Sequence record: LR756502.1
Direction: 5' to 3' (one strand)
DNA length: 64,000 nucleotides
Position numbers and translations under genes: made by a program. This document shows, one piece after another, positions 21,673-29,891 of the stretch. Each line of letters starts with the position of its first letter. The first letter of the stretch is position 1. A model generated the notes under the pieces. It searched no databases, had not been told where the DNA came from, and was given only the letters and a program-made list of their open reading frames with translations.

Positions 21673-21765
21673 AGGTAACAGCGGTTTGGCAAAAGATGCC
21701 ATAAACATTGTGCGAACTTTGAAATTTCCGTTAGGCAGCCTTCGCCAAGCCTGATAACGTTATGC
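21673..21765 (+). repeat. attC-like site 2
   Basis: AGGTAAC-agcggTTTGGC...GCCAAGcctgataac-GTTATGC. Confidence 0.7.
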
Positions 21766-21839
21766 GCCATATATCGTTTGGTTTCTATAATGGGTTGGTA
21801 TGGGTGGTATTTGCATACATACAAAGTAGTTATAAAACG

Positions 21840-22001
21840 TTACTTTTTACTTTTTTTCCCACCCGCCTGTATGTGATTAAGGAGTATAGTTTCAATGTAA
21901 TTATTCAAATTGCGGTTGTCCTGCTTGGCAAGTTTCGCAAGTTGACCAAGGAGGGTTTTATTCTCCTTACTTGGTCTGAATGTTAATGTTTCGTGTGCCA
22001 T
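21840..22001 (-). CDS. Cassette-borne ribbon-helix-helix (Arc/CopG-like) protein, 53 aa (not in ORF track)
   Basis: MAHETLTFRPSKENKTLLGQLAKLAKQDNRNLNNYIETILLNHIQAGGKKSKK*. Confidence 0.7.
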   Translation of the reverse strand: MAHETLTFRPSKENKTLLGQLAKLAKQDNRNLNNYIETILLNHIQAGGKKSKK

Positions 22002-22109
22002 TATTTAATAAGTGTTACATTTTTTATTTTCATTATTCTTGTAACTTACTGATAATCAAAGAGAATAAAACAATAAAACCCTCCATAAAAAAGTAAAAAG
22101 TAACCGATT

Positions 22110-22177
22110 TTATAACATCACCTTTGCAAAATTGGCGTAAAAAACGCCAACTATCGCAAAGCTGGATGCCGTTATAA
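22110..22177 (+). repeat. attC-like site 3
   Basis: TTATAAC-atcacCTTTGC-aaaaTTGGCGT-aaaaa-ACGCCAA-ctatcGCAAAG-ctggatgcc-GTTATAA. Confidence 0.8.
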
Positions 22178-22390
22178 GCCATTTTTCAACTCACTAATAA
22201 CTTCGTCAATTTCGTAGCTATCAATGTAATCACCATTACAATCGTATTCTCGTTCAGTATCTATTCCAAATTCACCCTCTCTATAATTAGCTAAGTTAAA
22301 TCTACGAATTGATTTTAAACGGCTTATAATATCAGCTATAAGTAATGGCTGTTTCGGTGGGGTATTCGAGTTTTCTGCTTCTATTGACAT
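22172..22390 (-). CDS. Cassette-borne hypothetical protein whose N-terminus is encoded by the attC arm
   Basis: Core GTTATAAGCC (22171) vs GGCTTATAAT (22321); QPLLIADIIS is read through the left arm. Confidence 0.7.
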   Translation of the reverse strand: MSIEAENSNTPPKQPLLIADIISRLKSIRRFNLANYREGEFGIDTEREYDCNGDYIDSYEIDEVISELKNGL

Positions 22391-22448
22391 TTGTGCTTAA
22401 TTTAAAAGTAAGTAGTTCTAATCAGCCACTACTCATAGCTGTAACCTC
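22321..22448 (+). repeat. attC-like site 4, truncated at R'
   Basis: CAGCTATAAGTAATGGCTG vs CAGCCACTACTCATAGCTG inverted, 17/19; ends GCTGTAAC without a following GTT. Confidence 0.6.
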
Positions 22449-22925
22449 GCTTTTTCTTTACTCTCTGCAATTATTACCAACCCACCTCCTGAGTGGTAGT
22501 TATCCAGATTCACCTGGACTAAAAGGATTGTGCATCATTGAAACTTTCTTAGATGCTAACGTCGAAAGATTCGCAAGGGTTCGGCCTGTTCTAAGTCATT
22601 ACTCGATACATTGAACTCATATCGTTATATCTTCTCTATTAAAAAAGTTGGTTATGTAGGAACAGTTTATAACGATTCTCATACTGCAGTTATTCAAACA
22701 TCTGATTACGCTTATATCGAAAATAACAGAGTAATCGATAAGGCAATAAGATTGTTATACGCTAATTATTTACCTGACTTAAATAGTTTTAATCCTAAAT
22801 TTTTATCTGATTTATTTGGCATCTTTTTAGATATTTATGTTATTAAACAAATATATGGAACTTTTTTGATTCTGACAAACTTTTTCCCCGTGTAAATCTT
22901 ATTAGAATGTTTTAATATATAGTTT

Positions 22926-23384
22926 ATGAAAAACATCAAAACATACGAAGATTTCGTTAATGAAGAAATCAATTGGAAAGGAGTAGTAGCTGGTGCTATG
23001 TCTTTGCTTGCAACCGCATGTTCAAATGTTCAAATACATGATAAGTCAGGTAAAGAAATATCAACCGATAATTATAATGCTGATGGTATTGTACAAAGTA
23101 TCTACACCTCGAAAGGTACAACAAGATCGTATGGTCGTGGTTTAATGCGAAATTATCCAGATGAAATTACTGGATATAAATATACAATTCTTGATAATAA
23201 TGGTAATCAAATAGTTGTTGGTCTAAAAGATGATCTAATTTCTACCGGGGATAGTGTCACTGTTTCTATTGAAAATGGAAATATTGAACTAATTATGAAG
23301 GAAGAAGATTGTAAAGATCCAAGTAAATGTTCACCATTACCAAATGGGAAAGAAGGAGTCAATATAACTAAATATCATTTTTAA
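22926..23384 (+). CDS. Tagged protein with hydrophobic lipobox-like segment after the tag
   Basis: MKNIKTYEDFVNEE-INWKGVVAGAMSLLATAC; TAATATATA at 22913. Confidence 0.7.
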   Translation: MKNIKTYEDFVNEEINWKGVVAGAMSLLATACSNVQIHDKSGKEISTDNYNADGIVQSIYTSKGTTRSYGRGLMRNYPDEITGYKYTILDNNGNQIVVGLKDDLISTGDSVTVSIENGNIELIMKEEDCKDPSKCSPLPNGKEGVNITKYHF

Positions 23385-23637
23385 TATTTAAGCTATCTTC
23401 AATCCACTTGTCAAAGTCCTTTGCTGGAGTTTTATTTAGTCCTTCAAAGTAACATTTATTTAATAAAGACTTAACTTCTTCTCTACTATACATATTTGTA
23501 GAGAAGAATTCTATAATACTTAATAAATCCTCAACATCATCATAAGGTGCTGATCTTTCTTCGGTGTATAACTCCTCGGATACATTATCCTTTACGCTAT
23601 CAACGATATCTTGTATATCTTCCTTTGTGTAATTCAT
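23368..23637 (-). CDS. Hypothetical protein
   Basis: ORF track. Confidence 0.6.
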   Translation of the reverse strand: MNYTKEDIQDIVDSVKDNVSEELYTEERSAPYDDVEDLLSIIEFFSTNMYSREEVKSLLNKCYFEGLNKTPAKDFDKWIEDSLNIKNDI

Positions 23638-23651
23638 TATCTTATTATTTG

Positions 23652-23725
23652 TAGCCCCTGCCGGATTTGAACCGGCGACCCACAGATTATGAGTCTGTCG
23701 CTCTAACCAACTGAGCTAAGGGGCT
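23652..23725 (-). tRNA. tRNA with CAT anticodon, probably Ile2 rather than Met; no encoded CCA
   Basis: AGCCCCT/AGGGGCT acceptor stem, TAGCTCAGTTGGTTAGAGC, loop CTCATAA, GGTTCAAATCC; resembles bacterial tRNA-Ile2. Confidence 0.9.
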
Positions 23726-23826
23726 AAATTGGGAGGCGTCTCCTAACCACAGGATACTCCCACCAGTTAAGACATACAGAGTATGATCCTAACTGAGCAC
23801 ATTCACCACTAAAAGATCCAAATATA

Positions 23827-24081
23827 TTATTTAACTGTGATTACAATAGTTCCCGTAATTTCAACTAACTTGCCAGTTGCAGCATCTTCAAAGTACCACC
23901 CATCAGAATTATCTTCATTGGAAATACTTCCGGTTGATTCCCATCGGGAAATAACTGTACCAGTAGCTCCATAAAGAGTTACGATATGTGGTTTATTCAT
24001 TGCACTAAACTGTGCTCTTGTTGAATCTTTACAAGATGATAATCCAATAATAGCAATTGATAAGATAATAAATTTCTTCAT
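23827..24081 (-). CDS. Putative lipoprotein
   Basis: MKKFIILSIAIIGLSSC lipobox. Confidence 0.75.
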   Translation of the reverse strand: MKKFIILSIAIIGLSSCKDSTRAQFSAMNKPHIVTLYGATGTVISRWESTGSISNEDNSDGWYFEDAATGKLVEITGTIVITVK

Positions 24082-24201
24082 AGTTTTTTATTTATTTATA
24101 CAAATATAGTTAAAATTTAAATACAAACCAAATTATTTATTAAATATGATAGAAAACCTGCCTTTATTAATAATATAAATATAGTAAGGTTTTTCCTAAC
24201 T

Positions 24202-24285
24202 AATTTAGTTTGTGCTAATTGTCATAGGGAAATCCATGAGGAAATAAGTAGTTTATCTAAAAATAAAACACTCACTCATAACTGA
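24202..24285 (+). pseudogene. C-terminal remnant of an HNH endonuclease
   Basis: NLVCANCHREIH in a frame with no start codon. Confidence 0.55.
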
Positions 24286-24307
24286 GTGAGTGAGTGAGTG
24301 AGTGTAG

Positions 24308-24381
24308 TGATCCCGTCCGGGATCAAACCGGAAACCTTTGGTTTAGAAAACCAACGCTCTATTCAGTTGAGCTACGGAACC
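24308..24381 (-). tRNA. tRNA-Arg(TCT); no encoded CCA
   Basis: GGTTCCG/CGGGATC acceptor, TTGGT-TTTCTAA-ACCAA anticodon arm, slightly variant T loop. Confidence 0.9.
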
Positions 24382-24404
24382 ATTGTTTTTATTTATTCTC
24401 TTTA

Positions 24405-24578
24405 CTATTGATCCCAAGTCCAAGTATCTTTAAGACCTTCTGGTTTATCTGGTATGTTTATATAATAAAAGAATTTGAACCTATAATACTTTCTAAGGAA
24501 TCCAATAACAAGTAGATTGTTTGATACCTTATCAGCCTCGGTGTATTTCTTAATGTAAATATAGTCTTTTATTTTCAT
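24405..24578 (-). CDS. 57-aa hypothetical protein (not in ORF track)
   Basis: MKIKDYIYIKKYTEADKV...TWDQ*, after sigma-A motif at 24608. Confidence 0.45.
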   Translation of the reverse strand: MKIKDYIYIKKYTEADKVSNNLLVIGFLRKYYRFKFFYYINIPDKPEGLKDTWTWDQ

Positions 24579-24642
24579 ATTCCAAAATGATTTAAAATAA
24601 TATAACCCAAATATACAAAATATCTGGGTTATATTATAATTT

Positions 24643-26619
24643 TTATTCAGCTTTCTCGTAATGTGAGAAAACCATTGTGTAATCGCCTCGACCTGAGGTG
24701 ATAGTTCTAAGATCGGTCATATAACCAAACATCTTAGATATGGGAACATTAACCTGGATATACTTAAGGGCTCCTCGGTCACTAAGTTCGGATATTTCAC
24801 CATGTCTTTTACTTAGATCACTCACAACACCACCTGTATAAACTTCAGGTGTAATAACTCTTGCTGACATTATAGGCTCTAACAAGTAAGGCTTACAACT
24901 TTCAAGAACATTACGAAATGCTTCCTGTGCACATAATTCAAAAGAATAAGAGTCAGAATCCACAGAATGGAAGCTACCATCAATCAATCTTACTTTCATA
25001 GACTGAATAGGATAACCATGTGACCCATTATTGATAGAATTCTTAAATCCTTTCTCAATAGAAGGAATAAACTCTCTTGGAATTACACCACCACTTATCT
25101 CATTAATGAATTGTAGACCCTCAATTCCGTCATCCGCAGGTCCAATTTCAAACTGGATATCAGCGAATTTACCTCTACCTCCGGTCTGTTTACTTAATAC
25201 CTCACGATGTTTTATGGTATTTTGTAATCTTTCCTTATAGGCAACTTTAGGTATACCTTTATTAACTTCGACATTATAATCAGTTCTAAGAAGCTCTATC
25301 TTGACCTCAAGATGTAACTCTCCCATACCACTTATAATGGTTTGTCCTAACTCGGAGTCACTCCTCACAATGAAGGTAGGATCCTCGTCTGTTAGTTTAG
25401 ATAATGCAACACCAATCTTATCATAATCCAATTGAGTTTTTGGCTCGATGGCTATTGATATAACCGGATCTGGGAAGTTCATAGACTCTAACACGATAGG
25501 ATTATTAACATCACATAAAGTATGACCAGTCTTTGGGTTCTTCAAACCAACTATTGCTACTATATCACCAGCATATGCAATATCAACAGCTTTTTTAGAG
25601 TTTGCATGCATCTGGTAGATTCTGGATATTCGTTCCTTTTCTCCAGATACTGAGTTAAGTACAGTGTCTCCAGGTTCTAATTTACCATCATAAACTCTAA
25701 TAAAAGTAAGTTTACCATGTGTATCAGATACAACCTTGAAGATTAAACCAACGAATGGCTTATTCACATCACCGCCTCTATCCAACGGACTAGGGAGTAA
25801 GTTCACAATATGGTCTAATAAGGCTTGTACACCCTTATCTTTGAAGGCAGATCCACAAAGAACAGGAACAATTGTATTAGATATACATCCAGCTTGTAAT
25901 GCATTTATAATATCATCATAAGATATATCAACATTGTTCATATACTTATCTAAGATAATATCATTAACATCCGCTAGAGATTCAATCATAATATTTCTCA
26001 TGCTAGTTGCTAGTTCAATCATATCTGAAGGGATATCAGTAACTTCAATATTTATGCCTCTCTCACCACTTTGGTAGATAGCTTTCATACTGATAAGGTC
26101 AATAATACCTTCGAATTTATCCTCTGATCCAATCGGTATTTGAATAGCGATAGGGTTTGCTCCAAGCTTTTCTTTTATATCCTTAACAACGCTAAGGAAA
26201 TCAGATCCAGTTCTATCCATTTTATTAACAAATGCAATACGACTTACGTTGTAATCATTGGCTAATCTCCAATTTGTTTCAGATTGAGGTTCAACACCAT
26301 CAACTGCTGAGAATAGGAATACAAGACCATCCAATACACGGAGAGACCTATTCACTTCAACGGTAAAGTCAACGTGACCAGGAGTATCAATAATATTGAT
26401 TTGATTTTTATTCCACTCACAAGTAGTAGAGGCGGATGTGATAGTTATACCACGATCTCTCTCTTGTTTCATGTGATCCATAGTTGTATTTCCATCATGG
26501 ACTTCTCCAATCTTATGGTTTACACCTGTGTAATATAGTATGCGTTCTGTAAGCGTAGTTTTTCCGCTATCAATATGGGCAACAATGCCGATGTTTCTTA
26601 TGTTAGAAAGATTTTTCAT
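24643..26619 (-). CDS. fusA: Elongation factor G
   Basis: [72 protein letters not shown] and [20 protein letters not shown] all intact. Confidence 0.95.
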   Translation of the reverse strand: MKNLSNIRNIGIVAHIDSGKTTLTERILYYTGVNHKIGEVHDGNTTMDHMKQERDRGITITSASTTCEWNKNQINIIDTPGHVDFTVEVNRSLRVLDGLVFLFSAVDGVEPQSETNWRLANDYNVSRIAFVNKMDRTGSDFLSVVKDIKEKLGANPIAIQIPIGSEDKFEGIIDLISMKAIYQSGERGINIEVTDIPSDMIELATSMRNIMIESLADVNDIILDKYMNNVDISYDDIINALQAGCISNTIVPVLCGSAFKDKGVQALLDHIVNLLPSPLDRGGDVNKPFVGLIFKVVSDTHGKLTFIRVYDGKLEPGDTVLNSVSGEKERISRIYQMHANSKKAVDIAYAGDIVAIVGLKNPKTGHTLCDVNNPIVLESMNFPDPVISIAIEPKTQLDYDKIGVALSKLTDEDPTFIVRSDSELGQTIISGMGELHLEVKIELLRTDYNVEVNKGIPKVAYKERLQNTIKHREVLSKQTGGRGKFADIQFEIGPADDGIEGLQFINEISGGVIPREFIPSIEKGFKNSINNGSHGYPIQSMKVRLIDGSFHSVDSDSYSFELCAQEAFRNVLESCKPYLLEPIMSARVITPEVYTGGVVSDLSKRHGEISELSDRGALKYIQVNVPISKMFGYMTDLRTITSGRGDYTMVFSHYEKAE

Positions 26620-26709
26620 TTTTATAATATGTTTTTTAAATTATCTGTAATAGACAACAAAGCCATTCTTTGTAATGTATTCAGTAAAATTTAGGAAATA
26701 AAACTTCTA

Positions 26710-26774
26710 GCCAACCACCGTGGATTTGTGTGGTTGGGTTATACAACAGCGCGTATGTAGATTAAAGTTTTCAT
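26710..26774 (-). promoter_or_regulatory. fusA leader: uORF MKTLIYIRAVV* (26739-26774) plus hairpin (26710-26738)
   Basis: ATG just downstream of sigma-A motif at 26781; CCAACCAC/GTGGTTGG stem directly after the uORF stop. Confidence 0.65.
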
Positions 26775-26867
26775 ATTATTCAAATATAAGGATATATATT
26801 AGATTTTCCTACTTTGTTTTATCTTTTTTTATTTTTTGTGTAAATGGATAAGTAATATATAGTTGTA

Positions 26868-27362
26868 ATGAAACACTTAAAGTCATATAACGAAGGATTG
26901 CTAGATTATTTTAAGAAAAATACTCCAGATGATAAACTCACATTGAGTATGATTAATCGCCTTGAAAAAATTAAAGATAATAATCCTTATTATATTGGTG
27001 GGATAATGGATGGTGTTGGTGAATTGCCAACGTGGATAAGCTATTATAAGGGCGTAAATGATAGAGAATTTTATAGTATAATCTATTTGGTTAGATTTGA
27101 TGATGTTGATATTCTGGTAACCAATGATAGACATAACTTAGTTAATGAAACTGGGGAACATGTTAGGCAAGAGTTGTGTGAGCATCCTTGGAAGTTATTT
27201 ATTGGATCAAATTCAAATGAATTGTGTGAAAAGATAAAGTCTAGAGAGTCGTATCGTATTAAACTATTTAAATTAGTTGATAAAATCTACAAAAGTGATA
27301 TTGAGAGGGATAGAATTGAAAGAATATCTAATGAGATTAACCCAGCGGCTGATTTATTATAA
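26868..27362 (+). CDS. Tagged protein, NPAADxL family paralog 3
   Basis: MKHLKSYNE...NEINPAADLL; TAATATATA at 26853. Confidence 0.75.
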   Translation: MKHLKSYNEGLLDYFKKNTPDDKLTLSMINRLEKIKDNNPYYIGGIMDGVGELPTWISYYKGVNDREFYSIIYLVRFDDVDILVTNDRHNLVNETGEHVRQELCEHPWKLFIGSNSNELCEKIKSRESYRIKLFKLVDKIYKSDIERDRIERISNEINPAADLL

Positions 27363-27740
27363 CCCTAATTCATCTAATTTAATATCTCTTAGTAATGATT
27401 TTATCTTATCCGAGTCTACTCTCAGTGATCCAGCAGGAACAACATCGTGATGTGGTAGTGCATAAATTAATTTACCACCACCTACGGCCTTGAAGCCGGT
27501 AAAATCGTTTTGTGTATACCAAAAGTAATCTGCTAATGGTTCTTTGTGAAGGATATTTAGTATTTGTTGTAGGGATTCTTTTTCAGCCTTATCCATATCA
27601 ACCTTGTTATATATCTGCCATGCCAGGGTTGGATCAGGATTAGATCCTTTTGCATCACTATATTTTGTAGAAAAAAAAGGGTGATTGCTTTTCTTAAGCC
27701 AATTTGTAAAGTCTTCTTTGAAACAATATCTTGGGTCCAT
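27357..27740 (-). CDS. Hypothetical protein, C-terminal RDIKLDELGL tag
   Basis: ORF track plus motif. Confidence 0.7.
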   Translation of the reverse strand: MDPRYCFKEDFTNWLKKSNHPFFSTKYSDAKGSNPDPTLAWQIYNKVDMDKAEKESLQQILNILHKEPLADYFWYTQNDFTGFKAVGGGKLIYALPHHDVVPAGSLRVDSDKIKSLLRDIKLDELGL

Positions 27741-28000
27741 TACATTATTTTATTTAATTGTAGTTCTCTCCACTGGTCTTTACTTATTATTCTTTCCCAG
27801 ATTTCTGAATGAGCGAAATGTTTAGTACCATCTTCTAGGTTAGTTATTGATCCGGATTGCCAGTTACTGCCAAAGTTTTTATTTATAGCATCAATTTTAT
27901 ATCTATCACCTGGATTGAAATGATAATCATAAGATCCACCTTGTTTGCCATATCTAGCGGTGTAGACTGATTTGAAATAGACTATATCACCTACTTTCAT
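27740..28000 (-). CDS. SH3/KOW-like protein, C-terminal RELQLNKIM tag
   Basis: MKVGDIVYF start. Confidence 0.65.
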   Translation of the reverse strand: MKVGDIVYFKSVYTARYGKQGGSYDYHFNPGDRYKIDAINKNFGSNWQSGSITNLEDGTKHFAHSEIWERIISKDQWRELQLNKIM

Positions 28001-28003
28001 ATG

Positions 28004-28372
28004 TTACATGTTGTATAATTCAGCTTCCATTTCGGAACCTATCACATTTTTAATACCAAGTAAGTCGTTTATTCTTCTATCTCTAAGGTTTTGAATAATT
28101 TTCATTTTATCTTTTCTTAATATCTTTATCTCACGCATTACATATATTTTAAAAACAGTTGCAAAATAAGAGATACTGTTGCCCTTAGTAGGATCAAATT
28201 TGGACACATGTGAATAACAATAATCTAGACCACCCATCAAAATATCCATCTTCAAACAGGATATAGTATCTTGGTCAAGAATTACACCATTACTGCAAAG
28301 GCCATCAATATGCTTAGATAGACTATTGTTATATAGTTTAACTATACTTTGAATTTGTTTTTTGGTGATTAT
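28004..28372 (-). CDS. Hypothetical helical protein with RDRRINDLL motif; sigma-region-2-like segment
   Basis: KFDPTKGNSISYFATV resembles the sigma-factor xFDP motif (weak); probable start MNKIITKK. Confidence 0.5.
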   Translation of the reverse strand: MITKKQIQSIVKLYNNSLSKHIDGLCSNGVILDQDTISCLKMDILMGGLDYCYSHVSKFDPTKGNSISYFATVFKIYVMREIKILRKDKMKIIQNLRDRRINDLLGIKNVIGSEMEAELYNM

Positions 28373-28373
28373 T

Positions 28374-28688
28374 TTATTCATAATAGTAGACAGTCTTCTC
28401 TTTTCTAACACACTCTACCGCTGTTTGCTCAAGCATATCGGAACCATTATGACCAAATTGTGTATAGGTAAACTTAAAGAACTTACCATCTGATCGACGC
28501 ATTATTACTGTATCATAATCAACAAACCCTTTTTCAGCATCAAAGTCTTTTTCGATTGATTGTATGTGAACAAATCCATCCCAATCATCAGGCATAAGAT
28601 CTTCAAGGTCTGGATATTTATCGTTCTTAGCAATATCTTCTATTGCTAGTCTTTCTTTTGAGTCGTTTTGTTTTCTAATATGTTTCAT
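28374..28688 (-). CDS. Hypothetical protein
   Basis: ORF track. Confidence 0.65.
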   Translation of the reverse strand: MKHIRKQNDSKERLAIEDIAKNDKYPDLEDLMPDDWDGFVHIQSIEKDFDAEKGFVDYDTVIMRRSDGKFFKFTYTQFGHNGSDMLEQTAVECVRKEKTVYYYE

Positions 28689-28698
28689 AATAGTATTT

Positions 28699-28980
28699 TT
28701 ATATTCCTAATTCGTTTAATTTACCATCTCTTAGCTCTCTATAATCTGGAATCATCTGTGAATTGCCTAATCTTCTATCATCATTTGGTTCATCATCAAA
28801 GACAACTGAGTATATTTGAATTACAACAGGACCACCTTTATGATCTGATCCAATACGACCATCGAATACCTGTAATATAACTGTTCCCGATTTATCAGTT
28901 TTAGTATTTGTCTTTATATCGAAATAATAAAACCTATCTCCTGGTTTGAATTCATTAAACCCTCTTTTTTCTTCATTCAT
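28699..28980 (-). CDS. SH3/KOW-like protein, C-terminal RDGKLNELGI tag
   Basis: FKPGDRFYY. Confidence 0.7.
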   Translation of the reverse strand: MNEEKRGFNEFKPGDRFYYFDIKTNTKTDKSGTVILQVFDGRIGSDHKGGPVVIQIYSVVFDDEPNDDRRLGNSQMIPDYRELRDGKLNELGI

Positions 28981-28983
28981 AGA

Positions 28984-29199
28984 TTAGCTATTTTTAATAG
29001 CATTAATTACATCATCATAGTTTGATCCACCATTAAAAGAAAGATCTTCATCAAATCGAATGTTCAACTGGACATTATACTCTTTCTCGAACCATTCTAA
29101 TAGCTCATTAGCACCCCAAAATACTTCTGATGGAGTATCTGAACCCCACGAGAAGAATAATGTACCCAATGCTTTAATAAAAACTTCTTTCTCTTTCAT
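28984..29199 (-). CDS. Hypothetical protein
   Basis: ORF track. Confidence 0.65.
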   Translation of the reverse strand: MKEKEVFIKALGTLFFSWGSDTPSEVFWGANELLEWFEKEYNVQLNIRFDEDLSFNGGSNYDDVINAIKNS

Positions 29200-29208
29200 A
29201 TTTTTAAT

Positions 29209-29388
29209 TTATTTTCTTACATCCCATGTATTACCACATTCACAAGTATGTCTATCAAACTTATACCCATATGATATTCTAGCTTTTGGCATTAATATTG
29301 GTCTATTATTCTTAGGAGCAACGGTTCTTTGCCATTTCTCCTCGGAGGTTATATTTGTTGAGTTGCATATAGGACAATTAATTTTCAT
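29209..29388 (-). CDS. 59-aa zinc-ribbon protein (not in ORF track)
   Basis: MKINCPICNS...HTCECGNTWDVRK*. Confidence 0.7.
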   Translation of the reverse strand: MKINCPICNSTNITSEEKWQRTVAPKNNRPILMPKARISYGYKFDRHTCECGNTWDVRK

Positions 29389-29390
29389 CT

Positions 29391-29651
29391 TTATTTTTCA
29401 AAACGTTCCTCAATTTCTGCTAGGTCTGTTGTTATATCTTTAAGGTTCTTAAACCAACTACACCACATTAGTACAGTATATCTACCATCCCAATCAGGGA
29501 TATTTGATAAGCATTCTACGCTATTTACTTCGAAATCTATCATTCCATATTTCAAAATTGCCATTACTACCTCATTTAGGTACTTCTTGTTTTTACAAGT
29601 TACTTCAAGTTCCCAACTTTGAGCATTTGATCTTTCATCTACTTTTATCAT
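29391..29651 (-). CDS. Hypothetical protein
   Basis: ORF track. Confidence 0.65.
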   Translation of the reverse strand: MIKVDERSNAQSWELEVTCKNKKYLNEVVMAILKYGMIDFEVNSVECLSNIPDWDGRYTVLMWCSWFKNLKDITTDLAEIEERFEK

Positions 29652-29675
29652 ATCTTTATACTTTATTTAATCGAC

Positions 29676-29888
29676 TTAAAATTGATCCTCCAACGGACAC
29701 CATTTAGTTATTTTGAATTGTTTAAATTCTTCACCAGAATCTGATATTAAATCAGTCTTCATCCATATATATGAACTAGACATTAGATACCAAGCAACGT
29801 CATAATGCTTACCATCAGAAACGACTACATCATATCCTTCTTTTGGATATGTATCAATATCATTTTCTATTAAATTAATCCAATTCAT
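29676..29888 (-). CDS. DUF551-like small phage protein
   Basis: MNWINL...YPKEGYDVVVSDG...ITKWCPL pattern. Confidence 0.6.
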   Translation of the reverse strand: MNWINLIENDIDTYPKEGYDVVVSDGKHYDVAWYLMSSSYIWMKTDLISDSGEEFKQFKITKWCPLEDQF

Positions 29889-29891
29889 ATT

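Larger units (their letters stand above)
21303..22448 (+). mobile_element. Integron-like gene cassette array without integrase (CALIN-like)
   Basis: Series of imperfect palindromes bounded by ...TAAC and GTTA...; the start of each ORF-bearing cassette is complementary to its own R'' (see findings). Confidence 0.75.

Noticed and set aside
21364-21828. CRISPR array
   Set aside because: Only two 70-bp copies, 325 bp apart with an ORF between them; the structure fits attC cassettes. The Cas4-like nuclease at 7264 has no cas neighbours.
21762-21986. Plus-strand 74-aa ORF across the mini-cassette
   Set aside because: Overlaps the better-supported minus-strand RHH gene and reads through repeat sequence.
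22611-22895. Plus-strand 94-aa ORF
   Set aside because: No TAATATATA or tag, opposes a sigma-A promoter, and has no recognisable features; probably spurious, though not excluded.
23731-23765. GGGAG...CTCCC-ACCA minihelix resembling a tRNA acceptor stem
   Set aside because: Only 35 nt, on the strand opposite local transcription, with no T or D arm; more likely a leader hairpin of the tRNA-Ile transcript.
24643-26619. TetM/TetO ribosomal protection protein rather than EF-G
   Set aside because: [12 protein letters not shown] and the domain IV loops KQTGGRG and FHSVDS are EF-G-type, not the Tet-type TESLLY and YSPVST.
28374-28688. MKHIRKQND as another capsid-tag gene
   Set aside because: Lacks the aromatic residue and Glu of the motif, has no TAATATATA, and sits inside a minus-strand early operon.
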